Positions 19,208 through 28,681 of a stretch of 64,000 bases of DNA are shown here, in pieces. This stretch comes from Myxococcales bacterium (GTDB taxonomy: Bacteria > Myxococcota > UBA727 > JABDBI01): NCBI GenBank assembly GCA_947445025.1, contig CANFCB010000001.1, forward strand, positions 2,816-66,815, read 5' to 3'. The notes under the pieces were generated by a model, which was not told the DNA's origin, did no database searches, and saw only the letters and a list, made by a program, of their open reading frames with translations. A program made the translations under genes and the position numbers. Numbering within the stretch: the stretch's first letter is position 1; every line of letters starts with the position of its first letter.

Positions 19208-20269
19208 TTGGATATGACTGTGAGATTTCCGTACATACTGGCGATTGATACAAGTTGCGACGATTCAGCTGTCGCGATTTTAAAAGAAGATGGCCATATT
19301 GCTGCGGATATTGTTTATTCGCAAAATGAAATACATGCGCCCTATGGCGGCGTTGTTCCCGAAATTTCTTCTCGCCAACATGTAAGTCGGATAGCAAGGG
19401 CAGTTCAGGAAGCATTTTTTCAAGCCGGCCTTCAGCCCCGTGACATCAAAGCTGTAGCCGTGACTTTTGGACCTGGACTGATTGGATCTTTATTGGTGGG
19501 CGTTCAATTTGCCAAAGGTTTTGCCCAAGGACTTTCGCTGCCCATTATAGGTATCCACCATATCGAGGGACATTTAATGGCGGCGTGCGGGGACGCAACA
19601 TTTCCTTCGCCACCGTTTATTAGTTTGATTGTTTCGGGAGGACACTCTGCTATTTATATGTGCGATAAAAACTATCAATTTAAAACGTTGGGCGAAACCA
19701 GAGATGATGCTGCAGGCGAAGCCTTTGATAAAATTGGACGCATGCTGGGTTTTAATTATCCTGCAGGAAAAACCATTGATGACTTAAGTGCACTTGGCGA
19801 TGATAATATCTATGTTTTTCCTGTCGCGATGCGCTCCAAGGCAACTTTAGATTATTCTTTTTCAGGGCTTAAAAATTCAGCCCGGCTCTTGATACAAACC
19901 CTCCTAAAAGAGCACGGCGAGATTAAAGGAAAAGTATTATTTGATTTTTGTGCAGGTCTCAGAAAAGCCATCGTTGCAGCGTTATTGAATAAAGCTTTTA
20001 TGGCTTGTCACGCGCAAGAAATAAAGCACTTGGTTTTAGGTGGTGGCGTTTCGGCTAATTCTCTTTTACGTACTGAAGCAGTCAGGCGAGGAGATTTAGA
20101 AAAAATTCAAGTCCATCTTCCACCTGTCAATCACTGTGTTGATAATGCCGTTATGATTGCCAGAGCAGCTTTGCGTCGTCTAAAAGAAGGGCAACAACAT
20201 ACTTTAGATTTTAATGTCATAGCAAATGTTTCTGTCGATACCGTTAGCGGTCAACCTCCAAACCGGTAA
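19208..20269 (+). CDS. tsaD: tRNA N6-adenosine threonylcarbamoyltransferase TsaD (Kae1/YgjD)
   Basis: ILAIDTSCDDSAVAI start and the metal-binding GIHHIEGH motif. Confidence 0.9.
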   Translation: MDMTVRFPYILAIDTSCDDSAVAILKEDGHIAADIVYSQNEIHAPYGGVVPEISSRQHVSRIARAVQEAFFQAGLQPRDIKAVAVTFGPGLIGSLLVGVQFAKGFAQGLSLPIIGIHHIEGHLMAACGDATFPSPPFISLIVSGGHSAIYMCDKNYQFKTLGETRDDAAGEAFDKIGRMLGFNYPAGKTIDDLSALGDDNIYVFPVAMRSKATLDYSFSGLKNSARLLIQTLLKEHGEIKGKVLFDFCAGLRKAIVAALLNKAFMACHAQEIKHLVLGGGVSANSLLRTEAVRRGDLEKIQVHLPPVNHCVDNAVMIARAALRRLKEGQQHTLDFNVIANVSVDTVSGQPPNR

Positions 20270-21485
20270 TCCCCAGGCTGAGGATGATAAGCACAACATT
20301 GTCAATGTCTGCATTTTGTAAAAAAGCAGAAATCGCCGCCGTATGGAAAAATGAAGGTGTGCGCAATCGGACGCGATAGGGTACATTTTTGCCATGAGAG
20401 ACGATGGTCACGCTTAGCTCTCCTTCTGGTGATTCAATCGATGCGGTTTGCATGCCAGGTATTATTGTCTGCTCATCGTTCCATATAGATTCATAAGGGA
20501 TGATCAGTGATTCTGCAGCTTTCATCTCTTTTAAAATTTCGTGGATGATTTTTTGGACGACCACAAAAGATGTTTCTACTTCATTAAGACGGACGTTAAA
20601 GCGCGACCAAGCATCTCCGTATTTTTGCGTACAAATAGCGGGCGCATAAGAAAAATAATTAAAATAAGGATGACTACGTCGTAAATCATCGGCAACGCCA
20701 CATGCGCGCAGAGTTGGCCCGGTGAGACCAAAAGACAGAGCGCTTTCTTTGCTGAGGACCCCGATACCGGTCAATCTTTTTTCAATTTGTGCTTCCTCCA
20801 AAACACTTCTTTTTAGAATATGGATCGCCTTTGACGTCGCATTCGCCTCTTTTTGAAACTGCTGTATCCATATTTTATAAATAGGCTTAGATATCCCGCC
20901 AACTTCCCACCTAGGAAGGTTGTCTTGGTCATGATTGACGAGAGTTTGTAAAATCTGCGCCATCTTTAGAGCATGAGCTGATGATTGTATAAGCGCATAA
21001 GGAGCAATTAAAGAAACTGTTTGGTGAATGACGTTGAGATGATGAAAAATACGGGCACATTCGAGCATGAGAACACGGTAGTCTTGTGCCAACTTTAGAA
21101 TTTTTCTTTCAATTTGCAGTGTTTTTTCTAAAGACAAAATGAATGTCAAGGCAATAGGAGCAGGAACCAAGGGGTTAATACGCGTGGCAAATGCAGGCCC
21201 TGTCTTCCAAGGAATAGTTTCAAAGGCTTTTTCCATTCCTTGATGTAGCCATCCAATTTCTGCTTTGACAGTCGTGATGTTTTTTTCTTGCAGCCAAATT
21301 GATAAGTGAAGCGGAAAGGGCAGAGAAATATGGGTGGGCCCAAATGATTGCATCAATTCTGTCGGTAGCTGACGCCTGAATCGATGTAGATATGCTGATT
21401 CTGTTTGCCTGTAGGAGCGAGTTTCCTCCTCGCTGGGCGAGAGAATTAATTCATGATGGCTTTTGTAAAAATAGTTTTGTTCCAT
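20244..21485 (-). CDS. nuoD: Divergent NADH:quinone oxidoreductase 49-kDa subunit (NuoD-like)
   Basis: FGPTH…IGWLHQGMEK and the C-terminal PEGELSVTIVSHGKNVPYRVRLRTPSF…LEVDR align to NuoD. The likely start is the internal Met just after the nuoC stop. Confidence 0.7.
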   Translation of the reverse strand: MEQNYFYKSHHELILSPSEEETRSYRQTESAYLHRFRRQLPTELMQSFGPTHISLPFPLHLSIWLQEKNITTVKAEIGWLHQGMEKAFETIPWKTGPAFATRINPLVPAPIALTFILSLEKTLQIERKILKLAQDYRVLMLECARIFHHLNVIHQTVSLIAPYALIQSSAHALKMAQILQTLVNHDQDNLPRWEVGGISKPIYKIWIQQFQKEANATSKAIHILKRSVLEEAQIEKRLTGIGVLSKESALSFGLTGPTLRACGVADDLRRSHPYFNYFSYAPAICTQKYGDAWSRFNVRLNEVETSFVVVQKIIHEILKEMKAAESLIIPYESIWNDEQTIIPGMQTASIESPEGELSVTIVSHGKNVPYRVRLRTPSFFHTAAISAFLQNADIDNVVLIILSLGITGLEVDR

Positions 21486-21487
21486 GT

Positions 21488-21976
21488 TTATGTTTTTTGG
21501 TAAATAGGGACTAAGGCTTGTTCTTTGGTGATGGGATATGAACGTCTCATGGGATGTCCGGCAAAGCCTGCGTACATAATCAAGCGGGAAAGATGGGGAT
21601 GCCCTTCTGCAAGGATACCAAACATATCCCACATTTCTCGCTCTAGCCAGATAGCGCTCGCGTATAAAGAAGAGAGGCTAGGTAGCGTTGGCTCAGATTC
21701 GTCTAATAAAATGCTAATCGATAAACGATATCCAAGTTTAGAGCTGCGCAATAAATAGAAAACTTCTAGTTGATTCTCACCATGATCCAGACAAGTGATA
21801 TCAAGCAGTAAATCTAAAGAGGCGTCAGGATCCTTATTTAAAAAATTAGCCACTTGTATGAGATGATTTTTTCGAATTAAAATTTTTTCATCTAGGCTAT
21901 TTTCCTGACTTTCCACGATAAAATCACCTTTGAGGCGTTTTTTAATTAACATCTGTAGATGCCTATTGGTACTCAT
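21488..21976 (-). CDS. nuoC: NADH:quinone oxidoreductase 30-kDa subunit (NuoC-like)
   Basis: WLEREMWDMFGILAEGHPHLSRL core motif of NuoC/Nqo5. Confidence 0.7.
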   Translation of the reverse strand: MSTNRHLQMLIKKRLKGDFIVESQENSLDEKILIRKNHLIQVANFLNKDPDASLDLLLDITCLDHGENQLEVFYLLRSSKLGYRLSISILLDESEPTLPSLSSLYASAIWLEREMWDMFGILAEGHPHLSRLIMYAGFAGHPMRRSYPITKEQALVPIYQKT

Positions 21977-22407
21977 GGTTTTCCTTGAGTGGATTTGTTA
22001 AGATTTTTCAGTGCATTTTTAATTTCTACAAAAGTCATGGGGCAACTGTCGATGGTTGTGTCTATAGGAATGACGTTTTGTAAATGTCGCAGAGTGGCGT
22101 AATCGACGACATGTGTTGTACAGCCTTTCAAGTGGAGAACAGAATTAGGATAAAGCATATTGGCGTAAAAATGTTGCAAGACAGGTGCTTGCTTGTGTGA
22201 GATGCGTCCCACGATGATGAGCAAATCCGTTTGCGCGGCTTTATGTGCCAACAAAATATGGGCAAATTGATAAAATGCCTCGGGATTTAGCCAGGCTGAC
22301 ATTTTTTCGCAGCAGGGCGCACCTAAAAAGGGGAAAAAATAGCGACGATAATCGGAAACAAAGTCAGGTAGTTTCATTTTAAAATTCCTTGGCGCCAAGC
22401 CCACCAT
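21973..22407 (-). CDS. nuoB: NADH:quinone oxidoreductase 20-kDa subunit (NuoB-like), short and divergent
   Basis: PCCEKM (cf. ACCAVEMM), DLLIIVG…KQAPV, KGC, DSCPM correspond to the NuoB N2-cluster ligand positions. Confidence 0.6.
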   Translation of the reverse strand: MVGLAPRNFKMKLPDFVSDYRRYFFPFLGAPCCEKMSAWLNPEAFYQFAHILLAHKAAQTDLLIIVGRISHKQAPVLQHFYANMLYPNSVLHLKGCTTHVVDYATLRHLQNVIPIDTTIDSCPMTFVEIKNALKNLNKSTQGKP

Positions 22408-22691
22408 AATCCTAAAAATAGCGCGCCAATACCTACGAGATAAACGGCATCGCTAAATAAAATGATATTTCCCAGCATGATCCATAAAAAATGAAGCAGG
22501 ATAATATTTTCAATATGCCGTGTGGAGTGCTTAGGGTGGCCTCCTTGAAAAAAAAGATTATCGAGAGCGTGCGATAGGCGAATTGCGGGATTCTCTTTTG
22601 GAGAAAATATCCATTGCAGTATTTCTCCAAAAAGCATGAACAAAGTAACAACGATAGCGATAGATAAGAAACCCACAATGTTTGATATCAC
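22374..22691 (-). CDS. nuoA: NuoA-like small membrane subunit
   Basis: 3-TM 105-aa protein with a C-terminal LGLWWAWRQGILK (cf. NuoA …YEWKKGAL), directly upstream of nuoB-like with overlap. Confidence 0.5.
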   Translation of the reverse strand: MISNIVGFLSIAIVVTLFMLFGEILQWIFSPKENPAIRLSHALDNLFFQGGHPKHSTRHIENIILLHFLWIMLGNIILFSDAVYLVGIGALFLGLWWAWRQGILK

Positions 22692-22736
22692 GACGAATCC
22701 TATAACAGTTTGTACTTGTAAATCCTATCATAAGAG

Positions 22737-23699
22737 GTGTTATCTATGGTAACAATTATTGATATAGAAAAAGCACATGAGCGAATTTATGATTTTATTT
22801 TTGAAACGCCCTGTATTTTTTCTGAGGATTTAAGCAAAAGCACCAATGCCTCAGTCTTTTTAAAGCTCGATAATATGCAGCGCACTGGATCGTTTAAAGA
22901 GCGAGGTGCTTTAAACCGGTTGCTACTTTTGGATGCCCAAGAAAAAAGCAAGGGCGTAGTGACCGCATCTGCGGGAAATCATGGCCAAGCGGTTGCCTAC
23001 CATGCCGCAAGATTGCAAATTCCTGCCCAGGTTTTTATGCCGCTGAATTCGCCTGCGATCAAAATATCGCGAACCGAAAATTACGGTGCCAAGGTGCATC
23101 TGGTTGGCGATAATTATGATGACGTCCATCAGGCAGCTTTGCTGTTTGCTCAAAAGACCGATGCTTTTTATTTGCATGCCTATGATGACGCCGCTGTGAT
23201 TGCAGGGCAGGGGACAGTGGCCTTAGAAATTAAAAAACAACTGCCCAATGTGGATACCATCATTGTGCCTGTGGGCGGGGGAGGATTGATATCTGGAATA
23301 GCTGTGGCGACGGCGTCTTTTAAGTCCGCACCGCAGGTAATAGGTGTTGAGGCATCAGTAATGCCATCGATGGCCGAGGCGATTGCCGCAAAGGGGCCGG
23401 TCAAATTGCCCATTGCTGATACCATTGCCGATGGTATTCGCGTGCGCTTGGTCGGTAAGTTGACCTATGCTATTTGTGCGCAAATGGTTACAAACTGGGT
23501 TTCGGTAGATGACGATCAAATTGCCCGGGCAATTTTGTTTTTACTGGAGCAGCAAAAAACCATTGCCGAGGGGGCAGGAGCCGCTGGTGTGGCGTCGTTG
23601 CTTGCGGGGAAAATATCTTACAAAAAAAACAAGTGTATTTGCATTTTGGTAAGTGGTGGGAATATTGATGTCCACACGCTTGCTCGTGTAATTACTTGA
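22737..23699 (+). CDS. PLP-dependent threonine/serine dehydratase (fold type II; TdcB/IlvA catalytic-domain-only or serine racemase-like)
   Basis: PLP lysine motif SFKERGA, glycine-rich loop GGGGLISG; 320 aa with no ACT regulatory domains. Confidence 0.75.
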   Translation: MLSMVTIIDIEKAHERIYDFIFETPCIFSEDLSKSTNASVFLKLDNMQRTGSFKERGALNRLLLLDAQEKSKGVVTASAGNHGQAVAYHAARLQIPAQVFMPLNSPAIKISRTENYGAKVHLVGDNYDDVHQAALLFAQKTDAFYLHAYDDAAVIAGQGTVALEIKKQLPNVDTIIVPVGGGGLISGIAVATASFKSAPQVIGVEASVMPSMAEAIAAKGPVKLPIADTIADGIRVRLVGKLTYAICAQMVTNWVSVDDDQIARAILFLLEQQKTIAEGAGAAGVASLLAGKISYKKNKCICILVSGGNIDVHTLARVIT

Positions 23700-23769
23700 A
23701 ATTCTTTACTCATGCGCGCGAAAGGGTATATTGTATAAATAAAATATATATTCCACAGGATCATGGTGA

Positions 23770-25662
23770 ATGACAGAACCACTACCCCTCACTGAGTTTG
23801 AATTTCGTCCCCAAATAACAGTCGCGCGTCGTTTAGCTTTTCGAACTGCTGTCCTCGGTTTCATATTATTATTGGCAACTTTTTCCATACTAATTCCTTG
23901 GCAAATTCGGACCGTGAAAGCGGGGGCTGTGCGCCAAGCGCAATCCTTGGCCAAGGTGATCGCTTCTCTTTATCAAGCAGTCGAACGTAACGAAGACGTG
24001 GACGAAGTGAGTCGGCTTATTTTGAAAGTCGCCCATATGCCGAGCGTCGCCTTTGTTAGTTTAATCGATGAAAATGGGAAAGTCATACACAGCACCGACT
24101 TTCATCAAATCAATCATGTGTACCCTAAGGCGTCTCGTAAGAGTGAAGTAGATAATTTTCTTTATGTGACTCAAGCGATACCAGATCCCAAACTCGACGT
24201 GTCTGCGGTGTTGGTGGTTATGGATCTGTCAAGCATCTACGCTGATTATATACGTTTTTATGTTGAGCTTGCTTGCGGATTTATTCTAGCGATTATTTTA
24301 TTGGCGTTGATTATGGCATGGATAACCAGGAGCATTGTTGGTTCTCGTTTAGCACGACTAGCGAGAGCGATGGGTAATGCGGAAAAGGGTTCCTTTTTAG
24401 TGCGCGCCCAAGTTGATAAAATGGACGAAGTGGGTGCGGTCACGGTCGCTTTCAATAAGCTCCTGGCCGCCATTACCAATTTGCAAGTAAAAGAGATTGA
24501 GCGAGAACAAGATTTAAAAAGTGCTCAAAAACAGTTGTCGATCAAGGCCCAATTAGAAAAAGTCGCAGACGAATTACAGGCTTCTAATAAAAGTTTAAAA
24601 CGAAGGGTGAAAGCACAGGAATTACTGATGGATGCGGCGCATCATTTGGGCGGTATTTTAAATAAAGAAGCTTTGGTAAGTCGTTTGGTGGTTTTGATAC
24701 GCGACAAACTGGGATGGCCTGATTTTGCAGTATTTTTAAAAGAGCCTGACCAAGATCAATTGCGTTTAGTGATCGCCTCAGGACTGCCTAATATTGACAT
24801 TATTAAAGAACTTTCTTTTCGCTTTGGCGAAGGTATTACTGGTTTAGTTGCTGAAAAAGCCACGCCTATCGCGATAGGTGATTTAGCCAAAGAACCGCGC
24901 ATAAAATTATGGTCTAAATTCGACAACCTCGACAATTTGCCGGATTTTTTAAAACACGGTTCGATGCTGTCGGTTCCTATGAGTTATCAAGGACGTGTAG
25001 TTGGCGTAATGGATTTTTTCTATCCTAAACTAAACGCTTTTGACGAGGAAGATGTTACTTTACTGCATGCCCTTGGTGCTTTGCTGGCGACTTCAATTGT
25101 TAATGCTGATTTGTACGAAGCGACCTTGGAATTAGCCACCTCAGATTCTTTGACTGGCGTGCTAAATCGTCGTGCCATGGAGCGTGTCATTGAAAATGAA
25201 GTTGCTCGTGCCCAACGGTTTTCTACGCCTTTGTCTTTGCTGCTCGTCGATGTGGATCATTTTAAAAACTATAATGATCAAATGGGTCATTTGATGGGAG
25301 ACGTAGCCTTAAAAGAAATTGCTTCTTGTTTACAAAAATCTGTGCGCAAGGTCGACAGTGTAGCGAGGTTTGGCGGCGAAGAGTTTTGTGTTATTTTGCC
25401 GCAAACCAGTGAGCAGGCGGCCATGGAGGTTGCTGAAAAACTTTGTGTGGCAGTGCGCAAACTCGATATACCGGGCGCGTCTATGCAGCCTCTAAAAAAA
25501 ATATCGGTGTCTATTGGGGTGGCTGTTTATCCGGATCATATGCCACCCATTTTAGAGCAGCCTCCGACTATCGAATTAATCCACGCCGCAGATGAAGCCT
25601 TATATGCCGCCAAAAGGAAAGGCCGAGACCGAGTGGTACGTTTTGAAGAAATCAATAGCTAA
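23770..25662 (+). CDS. Membrane sensor diguanylate cyclase (2 TM periplasmic sensor-HAMP-GAF-GGDEF)
   Basis: GGEEF active site (RFGGEEF), upstream GAF-like region, HAMP-like segment after the second TM. Confidence 0.85.
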   Translation: MTEPLPLTEFEFRPQITVARRLAFRTAVLGFILLLATFSILIPWQIRTVKAGAVRQAQSLAKVIASLYQAVERNEDVDEVSRLILKVAHMPSVAFVSLIDENGKVIHSTDFHQINHVYPKASRKSEVDNFLYVTQAIPDPKLDVSAVLVVMDLSSIYADYIRFYVELACGFILAIILLALIMAWITRSIVGSRLARLARAMGNAEKGSFLVRAQVDKMDEVGAVTVAFNKLLAAITNLQVKEIEREQDLKSAQKQLSIKAQLEKVADELQASNKSLKRRVKAQELLMDAAHHLGGILNKEALVSRLVVLIRDKLGWPDFAVFLKEPDQDQLRLVIASGLPNIDIIKELSFRFGEGITGLVAEKATPIAIGDLAKEPRIKLWSKFDNLDNLPDFLKHGSMLSVPMSYQGRVVGVMDFFYPKLNAFDEEDVTLLHALGALLATSIVNADLYEATLELATSDSLTGVLNRRAMERVIENEVARAQRFSTPLSLLLVDVDHFKNYNDQMGHLMGDVALKEIASCLQKSVRKVDSVARFGGEEFCVILPQTSEQAAMEVAEKLCVAVRKLDIPGASMQPLKKISVSIGVAVYPDHMPPILEQPPTIELIHAADEALYAAKRKGRDRVVRFEEINS

Positions 25663-25713
25663 AAACTGGTATTTACTGTGCGATTCATAGTATGATTAAA
25701 ACATATTAGGGGA

Positions 25714-26085
25714 ATGTTTATGATTAAATCTATGAATGAGATACAGCCGAGTCAAGATACATTTGTTAATGAATTACGCCAAAAAAAATATGAAGCAGGC
25801 GCGAAATTGGCCATTAAAAAGTCGGAAATGGCGGCCATAGAAGCGCAGCAGCGTAAGTTGAAAGCGCTGCTTGATGCGGAAAAAAATTCAAACCACGCAA
25901 GCAAGCAGAAAAAAAGCAAAGGCCATGGCAAAAACAAGGAAATTCGACTAGATATCGTGCGCAATGAGAAAAATTTTAAAGAGCAGCTGAGTCAGATTGA
26001 CAGCCTGCGCAGAGAAGTTCAGCATTTGGAAATGGATTTGAAATCTCTAACACATGATTTAAACGTGGTTGAACAAAATCACTAA
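25714..26085 (+). CDS. Hypothetical coiled-coil, lysine-rich protein
   Basis: ORF only; heptad-like charged sequence, no recognised family. Confidence 0.3.
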   Translation: MFMIKSMNEIQPSQDTFVNELRQKKYEAGAKLAIKKSEMAAIEAQQRKLKALLDAEKNSNHASKQKKSKGHGKNKEIRLDIVRNEKNFKEQLSQIDSLRREVQHLEMDLKSLTHDLNVVEQNH

Positions 26086-26157
26086 TTTGTGTTAGTTGAT
26101 CGGTTCACTGCATTAGGATAAAGCCCTCATGCACTAGAAAGCCTGTGGGTTCTTATC

Positions 26158-27954
26158 ATGATTTCAGATCAGATTCGTTATATTATTAGTCAAACCTTGC
26201 AGTATTTATGTGAGGCCGGTGGCTTGACGTTGGCCGTTGAGGCGCAGACGGCGATTTTTTCCGTCGAGCTTACTAAAAATCCCGATCATGGTGACTACTC
26301 CAGCAATGTGGCCATGGTGCTGTCAAAATTGGCGAAACAATCTCCAAAACAATTGGCGACAAACATTGTTCAGCATTTACAAGATCCCACCGGAGCCATT
26401 CGGAAAGCTGAAGTTGCTGGACCAGGATTTATTAATTTAACCATGACCGATGCGGCATTGCATGAAATAATACCTGCTATTTTAAAGGCCCAAGCGCAGT
26501 TTGGCCGGCACCCTGCCAATGGTCAAAGCGTTTTAGTAGAATTTGTTTCAGCTAATCCCACCGGACCTTTGCACGTAGGCCATGCCAGGTGTGCTTTTAT
26601 GGGCGATGCTGCGGCGCGCCTGCTTAGTGCTGCAGGTTATAAAGTCACCCGAGAATTTTACGTTAACGACGTAGGTAGTCAGGTTAAAACCTTGGCGCGC
26701 ACCATCTATGCTCGCTACCAGGAACTGCATGGTGAAGCAATTCAGTTGGCAGCAAACGCTTACCCTGGTGCGTACGTTATCGATATTGCCAGGGTCTTGC
26801 AAAAAGAAGACGGCAATAAGTGGATGCATCAGCCAGAATCAGTTTGGCTTCCTCGGTGTCTCGCCTTAGGTATTGCAGAAAATCTTAAAAATATTCGAGA
26901 AGTGTTAGGGCAGGCTGGGATTACTTTTGACAACTGGTACTTTGAACATAGCTTGCACGATGAGAAAAAAGTTAGCAAAATTATTGAAGATTATCGCGCC
27001 AAAGGCATGCTTTATGAAGCAACTAAAGCCGAAAATAGCTTCGATAAAGTCCGCCGCGAAGACAGCAAGTCTGCGCAATATTCTCATCAACAATTAGGCG
27101 GCACTTTCTTGAAAACTGCGCAATACGGTGATGAAGAAGATCGTATTTTGTTGAAAAGTGACGGCGAACCGGTCTATTTGCTGGCTGATTTGGCGTATCA
27201 TCAAGAAAAATATGCGCGCGGATTTGATTTGCTGATTGATGTTTTTGGCGCTGATCATGCAGGTCATGTGCCTCGTATAAAAGCAGGCATGCAAGCCCTG
27301 GGCCTAGACGATACGAAGTTGCATATTTTGTCTGTGCAAATTGTACATTTGCTAAAAGAAGGCAAGGAAGTTCGTTTCTCTAAGCGCGCTGGTGATATTT
27401 ATTTGTTGGAAGATTTGCTTGCTGAAGTTGGTGTGGACGTCGCTCGTTTTATATTCCTTATGCGTAGTGCTCATACTCAGTTTGATTTTGATTTAGATTT
27501 GGCCTTGAAGCAAAGCAACGATAACCCGGTTTTCTATGTGCAATATGGTCATGCGCGCATGGCGACATTGCTCAAACGTGCCCTCGAGGCTAATCAGCCA
27601 TTTATGGGCGCAGAGAAGCTACACGAAATAGATTTGCAAAAATTATGCCTGCCAGAAGAGCGACGCATGTTGATGAAAATGGATTTATTTCCAGAAGTTG
27701 TCATGTTGGCGGCAAAAAATTTAGAACCGCATCGGGTTATTTATTTCGCTCAAGAATTAATCAGTGAATTTCATTCTTATTTTAGCAAATACCGCCACAG
27801 TGAGCGCATTATTTCAGACGATAAAGCTTTAACGCAAAGTAGACTTGCTTTAGTGGCAGCCTTAAAACAAACTTTGTATAATGCCTTAATGCTTTTAAAT
27901 ATATCGGCCCCTGAACACATGCAGCCCAGCGGGGAAGAGCTGCTCGAGGCATAA
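26158..27954 (+). CDS. argS: Arginine--tRNA ligase
   Basis: HIGH-type motif PTGPLHVGHAR, Arg-tRNA-synthetase N-terminal add-1 domain, C-terminal anticodon-binding DALR region. Confidence 0.9.
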   Translation: MISDQIRYIISQTLQYLCEAGGLTLAVEAQTAIFSVELTKNPDHGDYSSNVAMVLSKLAKQSPKQLATNIVQHLQDPTGAIRKAEVAGPGFINLTMTDAALHEIIPAILKAQAQFGRHPANGQSVLVEFVSANPTGPLHVGHARCAFMGDAAARLLSAAGYKVTREFYVNDVGSQVKTLARTIYARYQELHGEAIQLAANAYPGAYVIDIARVLQKEDGNKWMHQPESVWLPRCLALGIAENLKNIREVLGQAGITFDNWYFEHSLHDEKKVSKIIEDYRAKGMLYEATKAENSFDKVRREDSKSAQYSHQQLGGTFLKTAQYGDEEDRILLKSDGEPVYLLADLAYHQEKYARGFDLLIDVFGADHAGHVPRIKAGMQALGLDDTKLHILSVQIVHLLKEGKEVRFSKRAGDIYLLEDLLAEVGVDVARFIFLMRSAHTQFDFDLDLALKQSNDNPVFYVQYGHARMATLLKRALEANQPFMGAEKLHEIDLQKLCLPEERRMLMKMDLFPEVVMLAAKNLEPHRVIYFAQELISEFHSYFSKYRHSERIISDDKALTQSRLALVAALKQTLYNALMLLNISAPEHMQPSGEELLEA

Positions 27955-27956
27955 AA

Positions 27957-28631
27957 ATGGAGAAGCAATTGGGTTTAAAAATACGTATTTTTTTTTGGGA
28001 AATGCTGGATTGGCGTTTTGGCAGACTTGCCGCAGCAACAGCGGTATTGGGTTTAGTGTTTGGTTTTGGCTTTTTGCTGGGATCTTTAAGCGCGCCAGCC
28101 AATATAAAAGCGGTATACCAACAAGATGCTTTAAGTGAACTGACGCAAAAAGAAGAAAAATACGCACAGGTTCAAAATCAAGTGAAACTCACTTATTATA
28201 AAGAGTTATTGCAAAGTCCTAAAACCGAACCAGCAGAACAAGCAAATGAGCCTGAAATAGAGCCTCCAGCTTTAAAACCGAATACCTTGACCAATAATAA
28301 CCAACCTTCTTCTAAACGCATGGCTGAAGCACTGGCCCATGTCTTGGGAACAGATACGCCCGAGTCTGTTAACGAGGCCATTCAGCAAGCCTTGCCCACT
28401 AGTACTGGCTCTGCTTTTGCCATACAAATCGCTTCGCTGCCCAGCAAAGAGGCAGCTGAAAGTATGCGCCAGCAAATGCAAAAAAAAGGACACAATGCGC
28501 GTTTAGTGCAAGCTGAAATAGCCGGTAAAAAGACTGTTTATCGCTTGCGCATCCATGGTTTTAAAACGCGTGAAGATGCTGAAAATTATTTGCAGAAAAA
28601 CCATATCGAAGGCATCACTGTCGCCCAGTAA
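27957..28631 (+). CDS. SPOR-domain cell-division protein (FtsN/DedD-like)
   Basis: N-terminal TM anchor, Pro/Glu-rich linker, C-terminal SPOR fold ([18 protein letters not shown]…[15 protein letters not shown]). Confidence 0.65.
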   Translation: MEKQLGLKIRIFFWEMLDWRFGRLAAATAVLGLVFGFGFLLGSLSAPANIKAVYQQDALSELTQKEEKYAQVQNQVKLTYYKELLQSPKTEPAEQANEPEIEPPALKPNTLTNNNQPSSKRMAEALAHVLGTDTPESVNEAIQQALPTSTGSAFAIQIASLPSKEAAESMRQQMQKKGHNARLVQAEIAGKKTVYRLRIHGFKTREDAENYLQKNHIEGITVAQ

Positions 28632-28681
28632 TCTGCTTTATTGGTTGCCATCCCGGCCGATTCTCGCTATGCATAGTCCCT

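Noticed and set aside
21488-21632. nuoD ORF extended 49 codons upstream, overlapping nuoC by 145 nt
   Set aside because: The alignment to NuoD starts at the internal MEQNYF…, which lies immediately after the nuoC stop. The upstream part is the nuoC frame's shadow.
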